Assembly (NCBI GenBank): GCA_944349905.1 | Contig: CALVNR010000006.1 | Location: forward strand, 8,573 to 72,572 | Reading direction: 5' to 3' | DNA length: 64,000 nt | From: an uncultured Clostridia bacterium | Lineage (GTDB): Bacteria; Bacillota; Clostridia; Christensenellales; UBA1242 | In this document: in pieces, positions 38,372 through 47,784 of the stretch | Layout of the letters: each line of letters opens with the position of its first letter | Numbering within the stretch: position 1 is the first letter of the stretch | The notes under the pieces: model-generated | Database searches by the model: none | The model's input: the letters and a program-made list of their open reading frames with translations, nothing else | Told to the model about the DNA's origin: nothing | Position numbers and translations under genes: made by a program

Positions 38372-40315
38372 TTATTTAAATGCACCACCACCGCCACCAC
38401 CAAAGCCACCACCAGAGAAACCACCACCAGTGAAAGTTCTTCCTGTTGAAGCAACTGTTCCAACTGTTCTTATTATGCTTTTTGTTACACTCGGCAAGTA
38501 TGTTGCCAAATTAATAGAAACTAGGTTTAGGCTATTATTTAAAAAATTTAATGTTAAGATTGTTGATAGTGGACTTGATGTTACTAGATAATCAGGGGAG
38601 CCAATAGGAATATCTTTAAATTTATTTATATAAACTTCACTCACGCCTAGAACATAAGCATAAGGTAAAATATGATAAAATATTTTAGGGTCATCTTTTA
38701 CAAGAGCTTCTAATTTGTCTTTTTCTGCAACTTCTATATAAGTTTTTAAACCATTTAATTTGCCAAGAAGTTCTCTTCCTTTTTTTGTTCTATATTCCAA
38801 ATGCGCAATTGTAAAGAAAAGAGCAATTGGTAAAACAATGAAAAACAATCTTGTATAAAATGGGTCGCAGTAGGCTTCTGTGTATAACAAATTTAAAAGA
38901 TAAAATCCTATAAAGAGTAATGCAAAGAAAATATATTTGAATATACGAAAAGTTAATTTTTGAGTTTTTTCAATCTCAGGATTTTTTAATCTTGACTTTA
39001 TTATAAAGAAGAAGACAATTGCAAAAATAATTCTGCTTGCTCCATACCAAAATTGATGAGCCATAAAGCCTAATTTTAAAGCATCTAGAAACAAAAATGC
39101 CAAGACTATGAAATTTAGAAAATTAAATACATTTTTTCCAGAATTTACAAAATAATTTTTATTTGTCATGTCTACACTTTTCTTTGCAGATAAAGCAGCA
39201 TTGCCTTCTTTCTGTCCTAATAATTTAAGAGTAAAAGTTTCTCTATTTTCAAACAAAGAATTAAAGTAAATTTTTTCATGAATTTTTGCATTTTCAGGCA
39301 AATCTTTTAACTTTTTAAATTCTGCATCATTTTTCCCTTTGTCAATTATCTGTAAATATCCTTTGTCTGCCCAGTAGACAAGAAGACTTGACAAATCTTT
39401 ACCTTGAACAGCACCATCATAAACAAATCCAGCTTCGGTAGGAGTTAGGTTTTCTGGTGCAGAAAATTCTACTACATCAACAACAATTTCTTTTTTTCTA
39501 TATTTTGCAAATAAAACAAAAATTAAAACAAGCAATACAAAGAAACCAGTAAGCAATATTATATCATAAAGATATGAGCGATTAAATGAAAAGTAGCCTT
39601 CTTCAAAATCTATTTTTAGTGTTACTGCTTCACCATAATCAAGGTTGGTTGAAGAAGAAGAGATTGTGTTGCCATTTAAAGTTGCTTTTTGACCAGTTGC
39701 ATCTTGACCAATTCTTCCTTGATAGATATAGTAATCTAAATTACTTGTGGAAGAAGGAAAAGTTATTGTCCAGTTCAGTTTTTCAATTTTTGTATCCCAG
39801 CCAGTTCCTACAATATTGAAATAAAATGAATCTTTGCTAGTATCTCTATCATCACCTGGATTTAGTTTGTATGAAAAAGTAAAAGTTTTTGTTCCTATAA
39901 AATTTGAATAACTTCCTAAATAATAAAATTTGTATCCACTTGAAGTTTGGGTTTTTATCAAACTCATACCACTGCTTGAATTATCATGGTCAAAGACAAA
40001 ATCGCTAATAGTGTTTTTATAATTTTTAGTGTTTGTGAGATTGCCATTTTCGTCAATTTCGCCAACGCTTTCATCTATGGGAATGTATCTTACAATTCCT
40101 TTATAGTAATCAGTAAAAGTTGCAGTTATGCTTTCTTTTATTAGCAGTGTCTTGTTTTCATCAACAGTTATATCTACATTATAGTTGTTTATAACATAAT
40201 CTTGATTTTCTTCTGGTAAATATATCTGGTTTGTTGTTGAGCAACCAGACATACCAATAAAACATGCCAAAATTATAATGCAAAAAAACAAAATTGCCAA
40301 AACCTTTTTTGTCAT
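38372..40315 (-). CDS. DUF2207 family membrane protein
   Basis: Lipobox-like N-terminus, large extracytoplasmic domain, several TM segments, C-terminal Gly-rich tail GGGFSGGGFGGGGGGAFK. Paired with lemA. Confidence 0.75.
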   Translation of the reverse strand: MTKKVLAILFFCIIILACFIGMSGCSTTNQIYLPEENQDYVINNYNVDITVDENKTLLIKESITATFTDYYKGIVRYIPIDESVGEIDENGNLTNTKNYKNTISDFVFDHDNSSSGMSLIKTQTSSGYKFYYLGSYSNFIGTKTFTFSYKLNPGDDRDTSKDSFYFNIVGTGWDTKIEKLNWTITFPSSTSNLDYYIYQGRIGQDATGQKATLNGNTISSSSTNLDYGEAVTLKIDFEEGYFSFNRSYLYDIILLTGFFVLLVLIFVLFAKYRKKEIVVDVVEFSAPENLTPTEAGFVYDGAVQGKDLSSLLVYWADKGYLQIIDKGKNDAEFKKLKDLPENAKIHEKIYFNSLFENRETFTLKLLGQKEGNAALSAKKSVDMTNKNYFVNSGKNVFNFLNFIVLAFLFLDALKLGFMAHQFWYGASRIIFAIVFFFIIKSRLKNPEIEKTQKLTFRIFKYIFFALLFIGFYLLNLLYTEAYCDPFYTRLFFIVLPIALFFTIAHLEYRTKKGRELLGKLNGLKTYIEVAEKDKLEALVKDDPKIFYHILPYAYVLGVSEVYINKFKDIPIGSPDYLVTSSPLSTILTLNFLNNSLNLVSINLATYLPSVTKSIIRTVGTVASTGRTFTGGGFSGGGFGGGGGGAFK

Positions 40316-40347
40316 TGTTTTTCTCCTATTAAAAATTAAAGTCCAAT

Positions 40348-40926
40348 TTAAAATTGAACTTTAACATTTTTTCTTTCTTCTTCATTGTCAACCTCAAACA
40401 AAGGTTTTTTCTCAAAGTTAAACCATTTTGCTATAATTGAAGATGGAAAGAGTTCTCTTTTTGTATTATAAACTTTCACACAGCCATTGTAATATTTTCT
40501 TGAAGAAGTGATTTCATTTTCCATACTATTAAGTTGATTCATTAAATCAGTAAAATGTTTATCACCTTTTAACTCTGGATAATTTTCGCTGACAGCAAAC
40601 AATGTTTTTAATGTACCAGTCAAAACATTTTCATTTTTTGCTCTTGTTTCAAGATCGCTAGAACTCATTGCGGCATTTCTTGCGTTCATGACATTAGTCA
40701 AAGTTTCTTTTTCATGCTTAGCGTATCCTTTTACAGTTTCAACAAGATTAGGAATTAAATCGTATCTCTTTTTAAGATAAACATCCATTGTTGAATATCC
40801 TTCTTCAATATTATTCTTCATCTTTACAAATTTATTGTATGTTGATATTATCCATGCGACAAAAATGATTAAGCTCAACAAAACAACACTACCTATTACT
40901 ATACCTATTATTGCGCCAACACTCAT
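40348..40926 (-). CDS. lemA: LemA family protein
   Basis: 192 aa. N-terminal TM followed by the LemA-type helical region (YNKFV...NIEEGYS...YPELK...). Confidence 0.85.
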   Translation of the reverse strand: MSVGAIIGIVIGSVVLLSLIIFVAWIISTYNKFVKMKNNIEEGYSTMDVYLKKRYDLIPNLVETVKGYAKHEKETLTNVMNARNAAMSSSDLETRAKNENVLTGTLKTLFAVSENYPELKGDKHFTDLMNQLNSMENEITSSRKYYNGCVKVYNTKRELFPSSIIAKWFNFEKKPLFEVDNEEERKNVKVQF

Positions 40927-41097
40927 ATTTTTTCTCCTTTTAATAATTATATAATATTCCTAAGCATTAAATCAAATGATTTTCAACTAATTATTTATAT
41001 GTAATAATTAAATTAGAGCTTTTACGACAAAAAAAGTCAAAATATCTTTGACTAAAAATAAATTAAAGCATATAATACTTGTAATAAGGAGGGAAGT

Positions 41098-41331
41098 ATG
41101 AAAAGTTTTATAAAAGGTATGGATGGACTTGCTTTATGGATAAAAATTATTCTTGCATTACCAGTACTTGATATTGTTTGGAATGTTTATCGTCTTGCAA
41201 GGTCAATTAACAAGCACAGCACATTAGGAATTATTTTTGCTGTATTATTAATTATTGTCGGAATACCTTTCATGTGGCTTATCGATATAATTTGTTTATT
41301 GATAGCAAGAAAAGTTTTCTGGATAGATTAA
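41098..41331 (+). CDS. small two-TM membrane protein
   Basis: 77 aa with two hydrophobic helices. GGAGGGA SD. Confidence 0.55.
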   Translation: MKSFIKGMDGLALWIKIILALPVLDIVWNVYRLARSINKHSTLGIIFAVLLIIVGIPFMWLIDIICLLIARKVFWID

Positions 41332-41419
41332 TTGAATTAATAAAAGAAAAGCACAATGCAGTGCTTTTTTTGTTTGTAAATATTTTGTTTTTGTGTATAA
41401 TAAAAATTGGAGTATGATT

Positions 41420-41956
41420 ATGAATTTCAATTATGACGATTATCACAATTATTATGATGACGAAAACGATGATGAAGATGATGAATTTTTCGGTGACGAA
41501 GAAGATGAAGACGATGATGGACCTTTTGGTAATGAAGATGATGAAGAGTTGGATGAAGGCGAAGAAGCTTTAAGTTATAAAGAAGACGACGAAGAAGATG
41601 AAGACGACGAAGTAAAAGATTTAGAAAAACAAGAAAAAGAAGAAAAAAAATTATGGAAAAGCAATGCAAAGATGTGTAATTGTCCAACTATTATTCAGCC
41701 TCCTCATGCATGTCCAGATTGCAAAAAGCATTCATTATTTATAGAACCACTTGCTGGTTTAATTATAAGAGATGGTATCCTTGCAGTTGGTGCTTGCATT
41801 GGAGTTGAAGTTCCAGCAGATTGGTATTCACCTTTTTATTGTTGCGTAAACAAAAAATGCAGATCATTTTATAGAAATACAGGCACAAAATTTTATTTTA
41901 ATAAACAAACAAACAAATTAGTAAAAATGAAAAATTATTTTCATATTTCACGATAA
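41420..41956 (+). CDS. hyper-acidic N-terminus / Cys-rich C-terminus protein
   Basis: Start ATG 41420 behind GGAG. ~75 residues of almost pure D/E, then a CxC...CPDC...CC...C domain. Confidence 0.55.
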   Translation: MNFNYDDYHNYYDDENDDEDDEFFGDEEDEDDDGPFGNEDDEELDEGEEALSYKEDDEEDEDDEVKDLEKQEKEEKKLWKSNAKMCNCPTIIQPPHACPDCKKHSLFIEPLAGLIIRDGILAVGACIGVEVPADWYSPFYCCVNKKCRSFYRNTGTKFYFNKQTNKLVKMKNYFHISR

Positions 41957-41978
41957 TTAAAACTAAAAGGAATTAAAC

Positions 41979-42851
41979 ATGAAAAAGATAGCAATAGTAA
42001 CAGACAGCAATTCAGGAATAACACAAAACGAGATGAAAAATTACAAAGGTCTTTATGTAATACCTATGCCTTTTACGATAGGGGAAGAAGAATATTTTGA
42101 AGATATAAATCTTTCACAAGAAGAATTTTATAAGAAACTATTATCAAATGAAGATATTTCTACTTCTCAACCTTCTATTGGCAACATAGTAGAATTATGG
42201 GAAAAGTTGCTTCAAGATTATGATGAAGTTTTGCATATACCAATGTCAAGCGCTTTAAGTATGTCTTGCGAAACAGCAATGAATTTTGCAAAGGATTTTA
42301 ATGGAAAAGTTCAAGTAGTAGACAATCATGCTATATCAGTAACTTTAAAGCAATCTGTTTTTAACGCAATGCGTTTGATAGAAAAAGATTTTGATGCAAA
42401 ACAAATAAAAGAAATACTAGAATCAGAAAAAGAAAATGCTAGTATTTATATCATGGTTAACACATTGAAATATCTAAAAAAAGGTGGTAGAATTACGCCT
42501 GCTGCTGCGGCAATTGGAACACTTTTAAAAATAAAACCTGTTTTACAAATACAAGGTGGAAAACTTGACCAATTTGCAAAAGTGTTAAATGAAAAAGTTG
42601 CCTGCAATAAAATGATAAGTGCAATTAAAAAGGACTTGGAAACCAGATTTAAAGATTTTGTAGAAAAAGATGAGATGAGATTGTGTGTTGCACACACAAA
42701 CTGTAAAGATAAAGCTGAAAAATTTGCAGAAGATGTAAGAAAAGAAATTCCAAATATACCACTTGAAATTATTGACCCACTTTCATTATCAGTAGCTTGT
42801 CATATTGGAGATGGTGCTTTGGCTGTTGCATGTTCAAGGATTATAAAATAA
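41979..42851 (+). CDS. degV: DegV family fatty-acid-binding protein
   Basis: 290 aa. N-terminus IAIVTDSNSG and ...TSQPS... are typical of DegV. Confidence 0.88.
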   Translation: MKKIAIVTDSNSGITQNEMKNYKGLYVIPMPFTIGEEEYFEDINLSQEEFYKKLLSNEDISTSQPSIGNIVELWEKLLQDYDEVLHIPMSSALSMSCETAMNFAKDFNGKVQVVDNHAISVTLKQSVFNAMRLIEKDFDAKQIKEILESEKENASIYIMVNTLKYLKKGGRITPAAAAIGTLLKIKPVLQIQGGKLDQFAKVLNEKVACNKMISAIKKDLETRFKDFVEKDEMRLCVAHTNCKDKAEKFAEDVRKEIPNIPLEIIDPLSLSVACHIGDGALAVACSRIIK

Positions 42852-43190
42852 AAAGATTGACTTCATGTCAATCTTTTTTTTAATTCACAAAAAAATTACC
42901 AATCAACAACTTTGTGTGATGGATGCTTTATGTCATCATAATAATCAAAATATTTTTCTTTAAATTGTTTTGATTTTTTGTTTTCATTATTTTTTTTCAT
43001 ACTAAGATTATAATATTATTTTGTAAAAAAGTAAAGTTTTTAAAATACATAACTTATTAAAATAAATTATAACAATGTTAGTTCAATTTTATTTATAAAC
43101 AAAAAATACGATATTTTGTTAAATTTGTCTTTCTTTGTCATATGCAAATAAAATTTTGTGGTTTTCACATTATAGTTGCAGGAGGAAATC

Positions 43191-43931
43191 ATGAAAAAAT
43201 TAAATGTGTTTTTAAAACTTTTGCCTGCAATTTTATTTTTAATAATTGCTTTGATGGGGTGCACTTACAATCAAATAACTAGTTTTCAATCTCAAAGTTA
43301 TGCACAAGAAGAAATGGCAACAGATAACATAACTATAAATGAAAGTGAAAAATTTTCAACGGTTTTTTCATTCTCGTACAAGGAAAAACAAAAGTTTAAA
43401 GCTGACCAAGCAATAATCAATATTCAAATAGAGACATTGGATATGGATCAAAAAATTGCATATCAAAAGAACAAAGAAATTTATGATAAGATTATAAGCG
43501 AGCTTGACAACCAAGGTGCTGAAAACGTCAAAATAACTTATAATTATTGTAGCCCATGCTCGAATAATTGTTCAATAAGAAGCGATGGTTACAGAGTGTA
43601 TACAAATTTGTCTTATCAATTAAACAATTTAGAAAATATTGTTTCATCTATTGAAAATGTTGAAAATTTAAGTGCAAATGTGTTGTCAATTGAGTATAAG
43701 TTAAGCGATTATCAAGAAAAATATGACAATCTTTTAACACTGGCTGTTGAAAACGCAAAAGCAAAAGCAAAAAAACTTTTAAATAAAGAAGATATAAGTA
43801 TTTTGAAGATAAAAGAAGAAAAACTTTATTGTTGCAATAGCAAATATCAAGTTTATTGTAAAGGCATTGGAGACTTTTTGCATGATGCTGAAATTGAGAT
43901 GGAAGCAGAAGTTCAAATTGTTGTAAGATGA
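43191..43931 (+). CDS. SIMPL/DUF541-like lipoprotein
   Basis: Lipobox LMGC. C-terminal ...AVENAKAKAKKL pattern resembles SIMPL domain proteins. AGGAGGA SD. Confidence 0.55.
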   Translation: MKKLNVFLKLLPAILFLIIALMGCTYNQITSFQSQSYAQEEMATDNITINESEKFSTVFSFSYKEKQKFKADQAIINIQIETLDMDQKIAYQKNKEIYDKIISELDNQGAENVKITYNYCSPCSNNCSIRSDGYRVYTNLSYQLNNLENIVSSIENVENLSANVLSIEYKLSDYQEKYDNLLTLAVENAKAKAKKLLNKEDISILKIKEEKLYCCNSKYQVYCKGIGDFLHDAEIEMEAEVQIVVR

Positions 43932-43932
43932 T

Positions 43933-44823
43933 TTATTTTGGAATAATAATATTTATCAAATTGCTTTCTATTGAAACTTGCAATTCATTTGCTTGCAAAA
44001 GCTCACCATCAAGATTGAAGTCCAAAGTTTGATTTGAACCAACTTTAAATCTTGACAAATCTTTTTTTATAAAATATTTGTCTTTGACTTTTAAAGTTCC
44101 TTTTAAAAAAAGTTTGGCAATTCTTATCAAATCTGAAAGTTTTGGCTTTTTGTTTTTGCTTTTTAAAATAATTAAAGTTGCTTTGCCGTCATTTGGCAGA
44201 GCTTTTTTATTTAATTTAAATCCTGCAACATACCTTGAATTTATAAAAAGAAACAATGGCGTGCAAACATTATGTACATGATTTTCAATATCAAATTGTA
44301 ATTGCAAATTGTTTAAGTTAAATACTTTTTTTATACCGTGAAAAGCATAGGCTATTTTCCCTAAATGTTTTTTTAAAGTTTGGCTTGTATTATAACTGGT
44401 TTCAGTAAATATTCCACCACCAAGCACATAAAGTCCATATCTATTGTTTATTTTTATACAATCACATGGGAAAGATTGACCTGTAAAAATGTTGTCTATC
44501 GCTTTTTTTAAATTACATGGAATTGAAAATGAGTGTGCAACATCATTTACTGTGCCTGTTGGCAAAATGGCAAGATTTGGTTTGTTTTTTAAATGTGCAA
44601 TTGCATTTACACTTTCACTTATTGTTCCATCTCCACCACTTATAACTATCGTGTCTACTTTTTCTCCATTTTCTAAAATAAATTTTGCTATGTCTTCTTT
44701 ACTTTTTGTTTGAAAGATAAAATACTCGTCAAAAAAATTCTCAAATTTTTTTTGAATATATGGAAGAATTTTTTTTATTTTACCTTTGCCACTATTAGGG
44801 TTATAAACAAATAAACATTTCAT
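43933..44823 (-). CDS. diacylglycerol kinase family lipid kinase
   Basis: NPNSGKGK and GGDGT motifs. Start ATG 44823. Confidence 0.85.
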   Translation of the reverse strand: MKCLFVYNPNSGKGKIKKILPYIQKKFENFFDEYFIFQTKSKEDIAKFILENGEKVDTIVISGGDGTISESVNAIAHLKNKPNLAILPTGTVNDVAHSFSIPCNLKKAIDNIFTGQSFPCDCIKINNRYGLYVLGGGIFTETSYNTSQTLKKHLGKIAYAFHGIKKVFNLNNLQLQFDIENHVHNVCTPLFLFINSRYVAGFKLNKKALPNDGKATLIILKSKNKKPKLSDLIRIAKLFLKGTLKVKDKYFIKKDLSRFKVGSNQTLDFNLDGELLQANELQVSIESNLINIIIPK

Positions 44824-44916
44824 ATTTATATTATATACAAATATAAAATTTAAAGTCAAAATTAAATTATATTAAAACATTTTTATTTATAAAAAAAATA
44901 TGTTATCATATTGACT

Positions 44917-45936
44917 ATGAAAAAAGAATTAACAGATAAATTAAAAAAAGACCAAAGAATAAGATTTTTATGGCAAATAATAATGGTCGCATTTGCAGGA
45001 ATTATTGGAGGATTTGCTTTCTGTTCTTTTTTTGAACCTGCAAAAATAATACCAACAGGACTTAGTGGTTTGGCGCAAATTATTCATAATTTATTTTCAG
45101 CAAATCAAATCAATATACCAACATCTATTGTGTATTTAATCATAAATGCAATTTTATTTTTGATTTCTTTAAGGTTGTTTGGTTGGAAATTTTTGGTGTT
45201 AACTTTTGTTGGACTTGCTACTTACACACTGTCAATGGAATTTTTGGCAATTCCAGCTTTGATTGCACAAGCAGATGATGTTTTGCTTTATTCTATAATT
45301 GGTGGCTTTCTGTATGGATTTGGAGTCGGGGTTGCTTATAGATATGGTGGCTCTACTGGTGGTAGTGACATATTGGCAATGGTTATAAACAAATATTTGC
45401 CTAAATTTAAAAGAGGATTTTGCATTTTATTTATAAACATTGTTGTAATTGTATTAACAGTTGTGACAAGTGGATTGCAAACAGGTTTATATGCTCTAAT
45501 TGTTGCTGTCATAAGTTCTATTGCGACTGATTTTGTTTTAGATAAAATAAAGAAAGTAAGGGCTTTTTATATTATCTGTGAAAATGATGAAAAAATTGCA
45601 GAAGAGATTTTAAAAAATTATCATCGTGGAGTTACTCGCTTAGATTGTGAAGGAATGTTTTCAAAAAAAGGAAAAAGTTTGCTTTTAAGTTTAATTCCTG
45701 ATGTTGATACAGAAGAGTTAAAATTTTTAATTAAACAAATTGAACCAAATGCTTTTGTATTTTCAAGTGCAGTATCAGAAACTTATGGCGATGGCAATTT
45801 TTTAAAAGAGCAAAGCATATTTAAAAATAAAATTTTAAAATCAAAAAGTTTTACAAAAAGCACTATGAAATTAAAAAGAAAGGAAAAGATAAAAAAAGAT
45901 AAAACATTACATAAAAAGAAATTAAAGATGTTTTAA
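44917..45936 (+). CDS. YitT family membrane protein (DUF161/DUF2179)
   Basis: Five to six TM segments with GGSTGGSD, plus a C-terminal soluble domain and a Lys-rich tail. Confidence 0.75.
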   Translation: MKKELTDKLKKDQRIRFLWQIIMVAFAGIIGGFAFCSFFEPAKIIPTGLSGLAQIIHNLFSANQINIPTSIVYLIINAILFLISLRLFGWKFLVLTFVGLATYTLSMEFLAIPALIAQADDVLLYSIIGGFLYGFGVGVAYRYGGSTGGSDILAMVINKYLPKFKRGFCILFINIVVIVLTVVTSGLQTGLYALIVAVISSIATDFVLDKIKKVRAFYIICENDEKIAEEILKNYHRGVTRLDCEGMFSKKGKSLLLSLIPDVDTEELKFLIKQIEPNAFVFSSAVSETYGDGNFLKEQSIFKNKILKSKSFTKSTMKLKRKEKIKKDKTLHKKKLKMF

Positions 45937-45973
45937 AAATTGCAATTATCATTTATTGTTTAAGGAGAAAAAA

Positions 45974-46837
45974 TTGAAAAGGATATCATCAAGAGCAATT
46001 ATTTTTAAAGAAGACAAGGTTCTATTAATGTTTCGTAAAAAAAGACAAAAAGATGGAACAATCAAAGAATATTTTGTTGTGCCAGGTGGTGGTTGGGAAG
46101 GAGATGAAACTCTTGAACAAAATGCTATAAGAGAACTTAAAGAAGAAATGAATATTGATATTGAAATCACAAACTTTGTAGGTTTGGAAATTTCAGATTT
46201 CGGTTGCGCAAATTATTTTGTTGCAAAGATTGTCAAAGGGGAGCCTCATCTTGGTGGAGAAGAAAGAGAAAAAAACAACGAGGACAATTATTACGAGCCA
46301 ATGTTTGTTGACTTATCACAATTGGATAAATTGGATATTGTTGGAAAAGAGTATATCAAAAAAGCATATGATAAACAATTTCAAATTTTAAACAATGCAA
46401 TTTTAACAGACCAAGGAATTTGTCCTACTTGTTACGATAAAAAATTTGGTAATGTTTTGTTTGGAGACAATTCCAAAAATATAATTTTCAAAGATGATGA
46501 TGTAGAAGTATTTATGTGTGCAAATCCAAGAGCAAAAGGGCATGTTATTATATCTACTATAAAGCATTTTAAAGATATGATGGAAATTGATGATGAAACT
46601 TGCAAAAAAGTTTTTGTACTTGCAAAAAATGTAATGAATGCTATAAAGAAAGTTTTTGAAAGCGAAAGTGTTTATCTTTGTACAATGTGTGATGGGCCAA
46701 ACAATCATTTTCATTTGCAGTTAATTCCAAGATACAATTTTGAAAAACGCGGTTCTATTAATTTTGTAAAAGAAAGACAACCTTATTTATATGAGCAGGA
46801 AAAAATAGAACAATTAAAAAAAATATTAAGTGAATAA
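45974..46837 (+). CDS. Nudix hydrolase - HIT domain fusion protein
   Basis: Nudix box GGGWEGDETLEQNAIRELKEEMNI in the N-half. HIT-like NNHFHLQLIPR in the C-half. TTG start 45974, 6 nt after AAGGAG. Confidence 0.7.
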   Translation: MKRISSRAIIFKEDKVLLMFRKKRQKDGTIKEYFVVPGGGWEGDETLEQNAIRELKEEMNIDIEITNFVGLEISDFGCANYFVAKIVKGEPHLGGEEREKNNEDNYYEPMFVDLSQLDKLDIVGKEYIKKAYDKQFQILNNAILTDQGICPTCYDKKFGNVLFGDNSKNIIFKDDDVEVFMCANPRAKGHVIISTIKHFKDMMEIDDETCKKVFVLAKNVMNAIKKVFESESVYLCTMCDGPNNHFHLQLIPRYNFEKRGSINFVKERQPYLYEQEKIEQLKKILSE

Positions 46838-46955
46838 ATAAAAAAGAACAATACTAATATTGTTCTTTTTTATTGCAAGGTCAAATAAAATACTTATTGA
46901 CAAATCTAAATTGATATGCTAAAATCATCTTGCAAAAATTGAAGGAGTAAAGACT

Positions 46956-47444
46956 ATGAAAATTATTTTATCTAAAAATGAAGACATTGAAGAAGTTATT
47001 TTGGATTTTGATTGCTTTCCAATGGTAAAAGAAGAAGGAAAACATTTGTGTACTATGTTATTGAGAAAATATCCTAAAAAACTTTTTGTAAAAGAAAATG
47101 TAAAAGCAAATTTTAAAAATATACTTAAAAACTTGAACAAAAAGCAATTTAACATGAAACTTATTAAAGAAATTATGAAAGATAAAGTTGTTATGGATAC
47201 TTTTGATGGCGACACTGATAAAATTATTAGAGACCTTTTTAATAGTAATGTGTATTGTATGGAAAAAGGAGGCACAATTTGCATTACAAGAAATATCAAT
47301 GTGGGTTCAGTGCATGAGTTAGATATAAAAGAAACAACAGACGAAGAAACAGGAAAAACTCAACTTGATGTAACTGATAATGGAATATCAAAAGTAATGG
47401 AAAAGTATCCAGATTGTATGTATGGTTATGACTTAGAAAGATAA
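46956..47444 (+). CDS. hypothetical protein, paralogue of 56124..56573
   Basis: 162 aa. Shares VKANFKNILKNLN / GSVHELDIKETTDEETGKTQLDVTDNG blocks with the other copy. GAAGGAG SD. Confidence 0.6.
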   Translation: MKIILSKNEDIEEVILDFDCFPMVKEEGKHLCTMLLRKYPKKLFVKENVKANFKNILKNLNKKQFNMKLIKEIMKDKVVMDTFDGDTDKIIRDLFNSNVYCMEKGGTICITRNINVGSVHELDIKETTDEETGKTQLDVTDNGISKVMEKYPDCMYGYDLER

Positions 47445-47523
47445 AAATTTTAATGTAGAATTTGCAAAAAGCAACCAATAACAAGTTGCTTTTTATTTTT
47501 TTAAAATAATTATAAAAAAGCTA

Positions 47524-47784
47524 TTGACATTTTATTTGAATTATGATAAACTCGTTATCCTTGTTTGCAATTTATAAAATTGTAAACAAGAAACTTATAA
47601 GATGCTTATTTTAACACTAGCTAAATCTTTATTTAAAGACACTTCCATGGCTACAAATTATTTACTTGATTTTTACTTACTCAATCACTTCACATTTCAC
47701 TTGAATGGCGACAATTTAAACACTTGAAATCTTGTACTTTTAAATTTTCTATTAAAAGTATTTTTTTATTTAAAAGGAGGAAAA
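47524..47784 (+). promoter_or_regulatory. promoter plus ~230-nt structured leader with terminator (attenuator/riboswitch-like) ahead of ABC operon
   Basis: TTGACA (47524-47529) and a TG-extended TAAACT -10. 13-14-bp hairpin at 47560-47590. Terminator hairpin plus T7 at 47735-47767, 18 nt before the ATG. Confidence 0.5.
47735..47767 (+). terminator. leader terminator
   Basis: TACTTTTAA-attttcta-TTAAAAGTA followed by TTTTTTT, immediately upstream of the AAGGAGG SD of the ABC ATPase. Confidence 0.65.

Noticed and set aside
38219-38591. Track ORFs 38219..38449 and 38346..38591, the latter with a striking PPPPPPKPPPEKPPP run
   Set aside because: The first overlaps tRNA-Leu. The proline run is simply the antisense reading of the glycine-rich tail (GGGFSGGGFGGGGGG) of the DUF2207 gene.
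42896-43000. 34-aa minus-strand ORF (MKKNNENKKSKQFKEKYFDYYDDIKHPSHKVVDW) in the degV downstream spacer
   Set aside because: No SD box and no recognisable family. It is too short to support from sequence alone.
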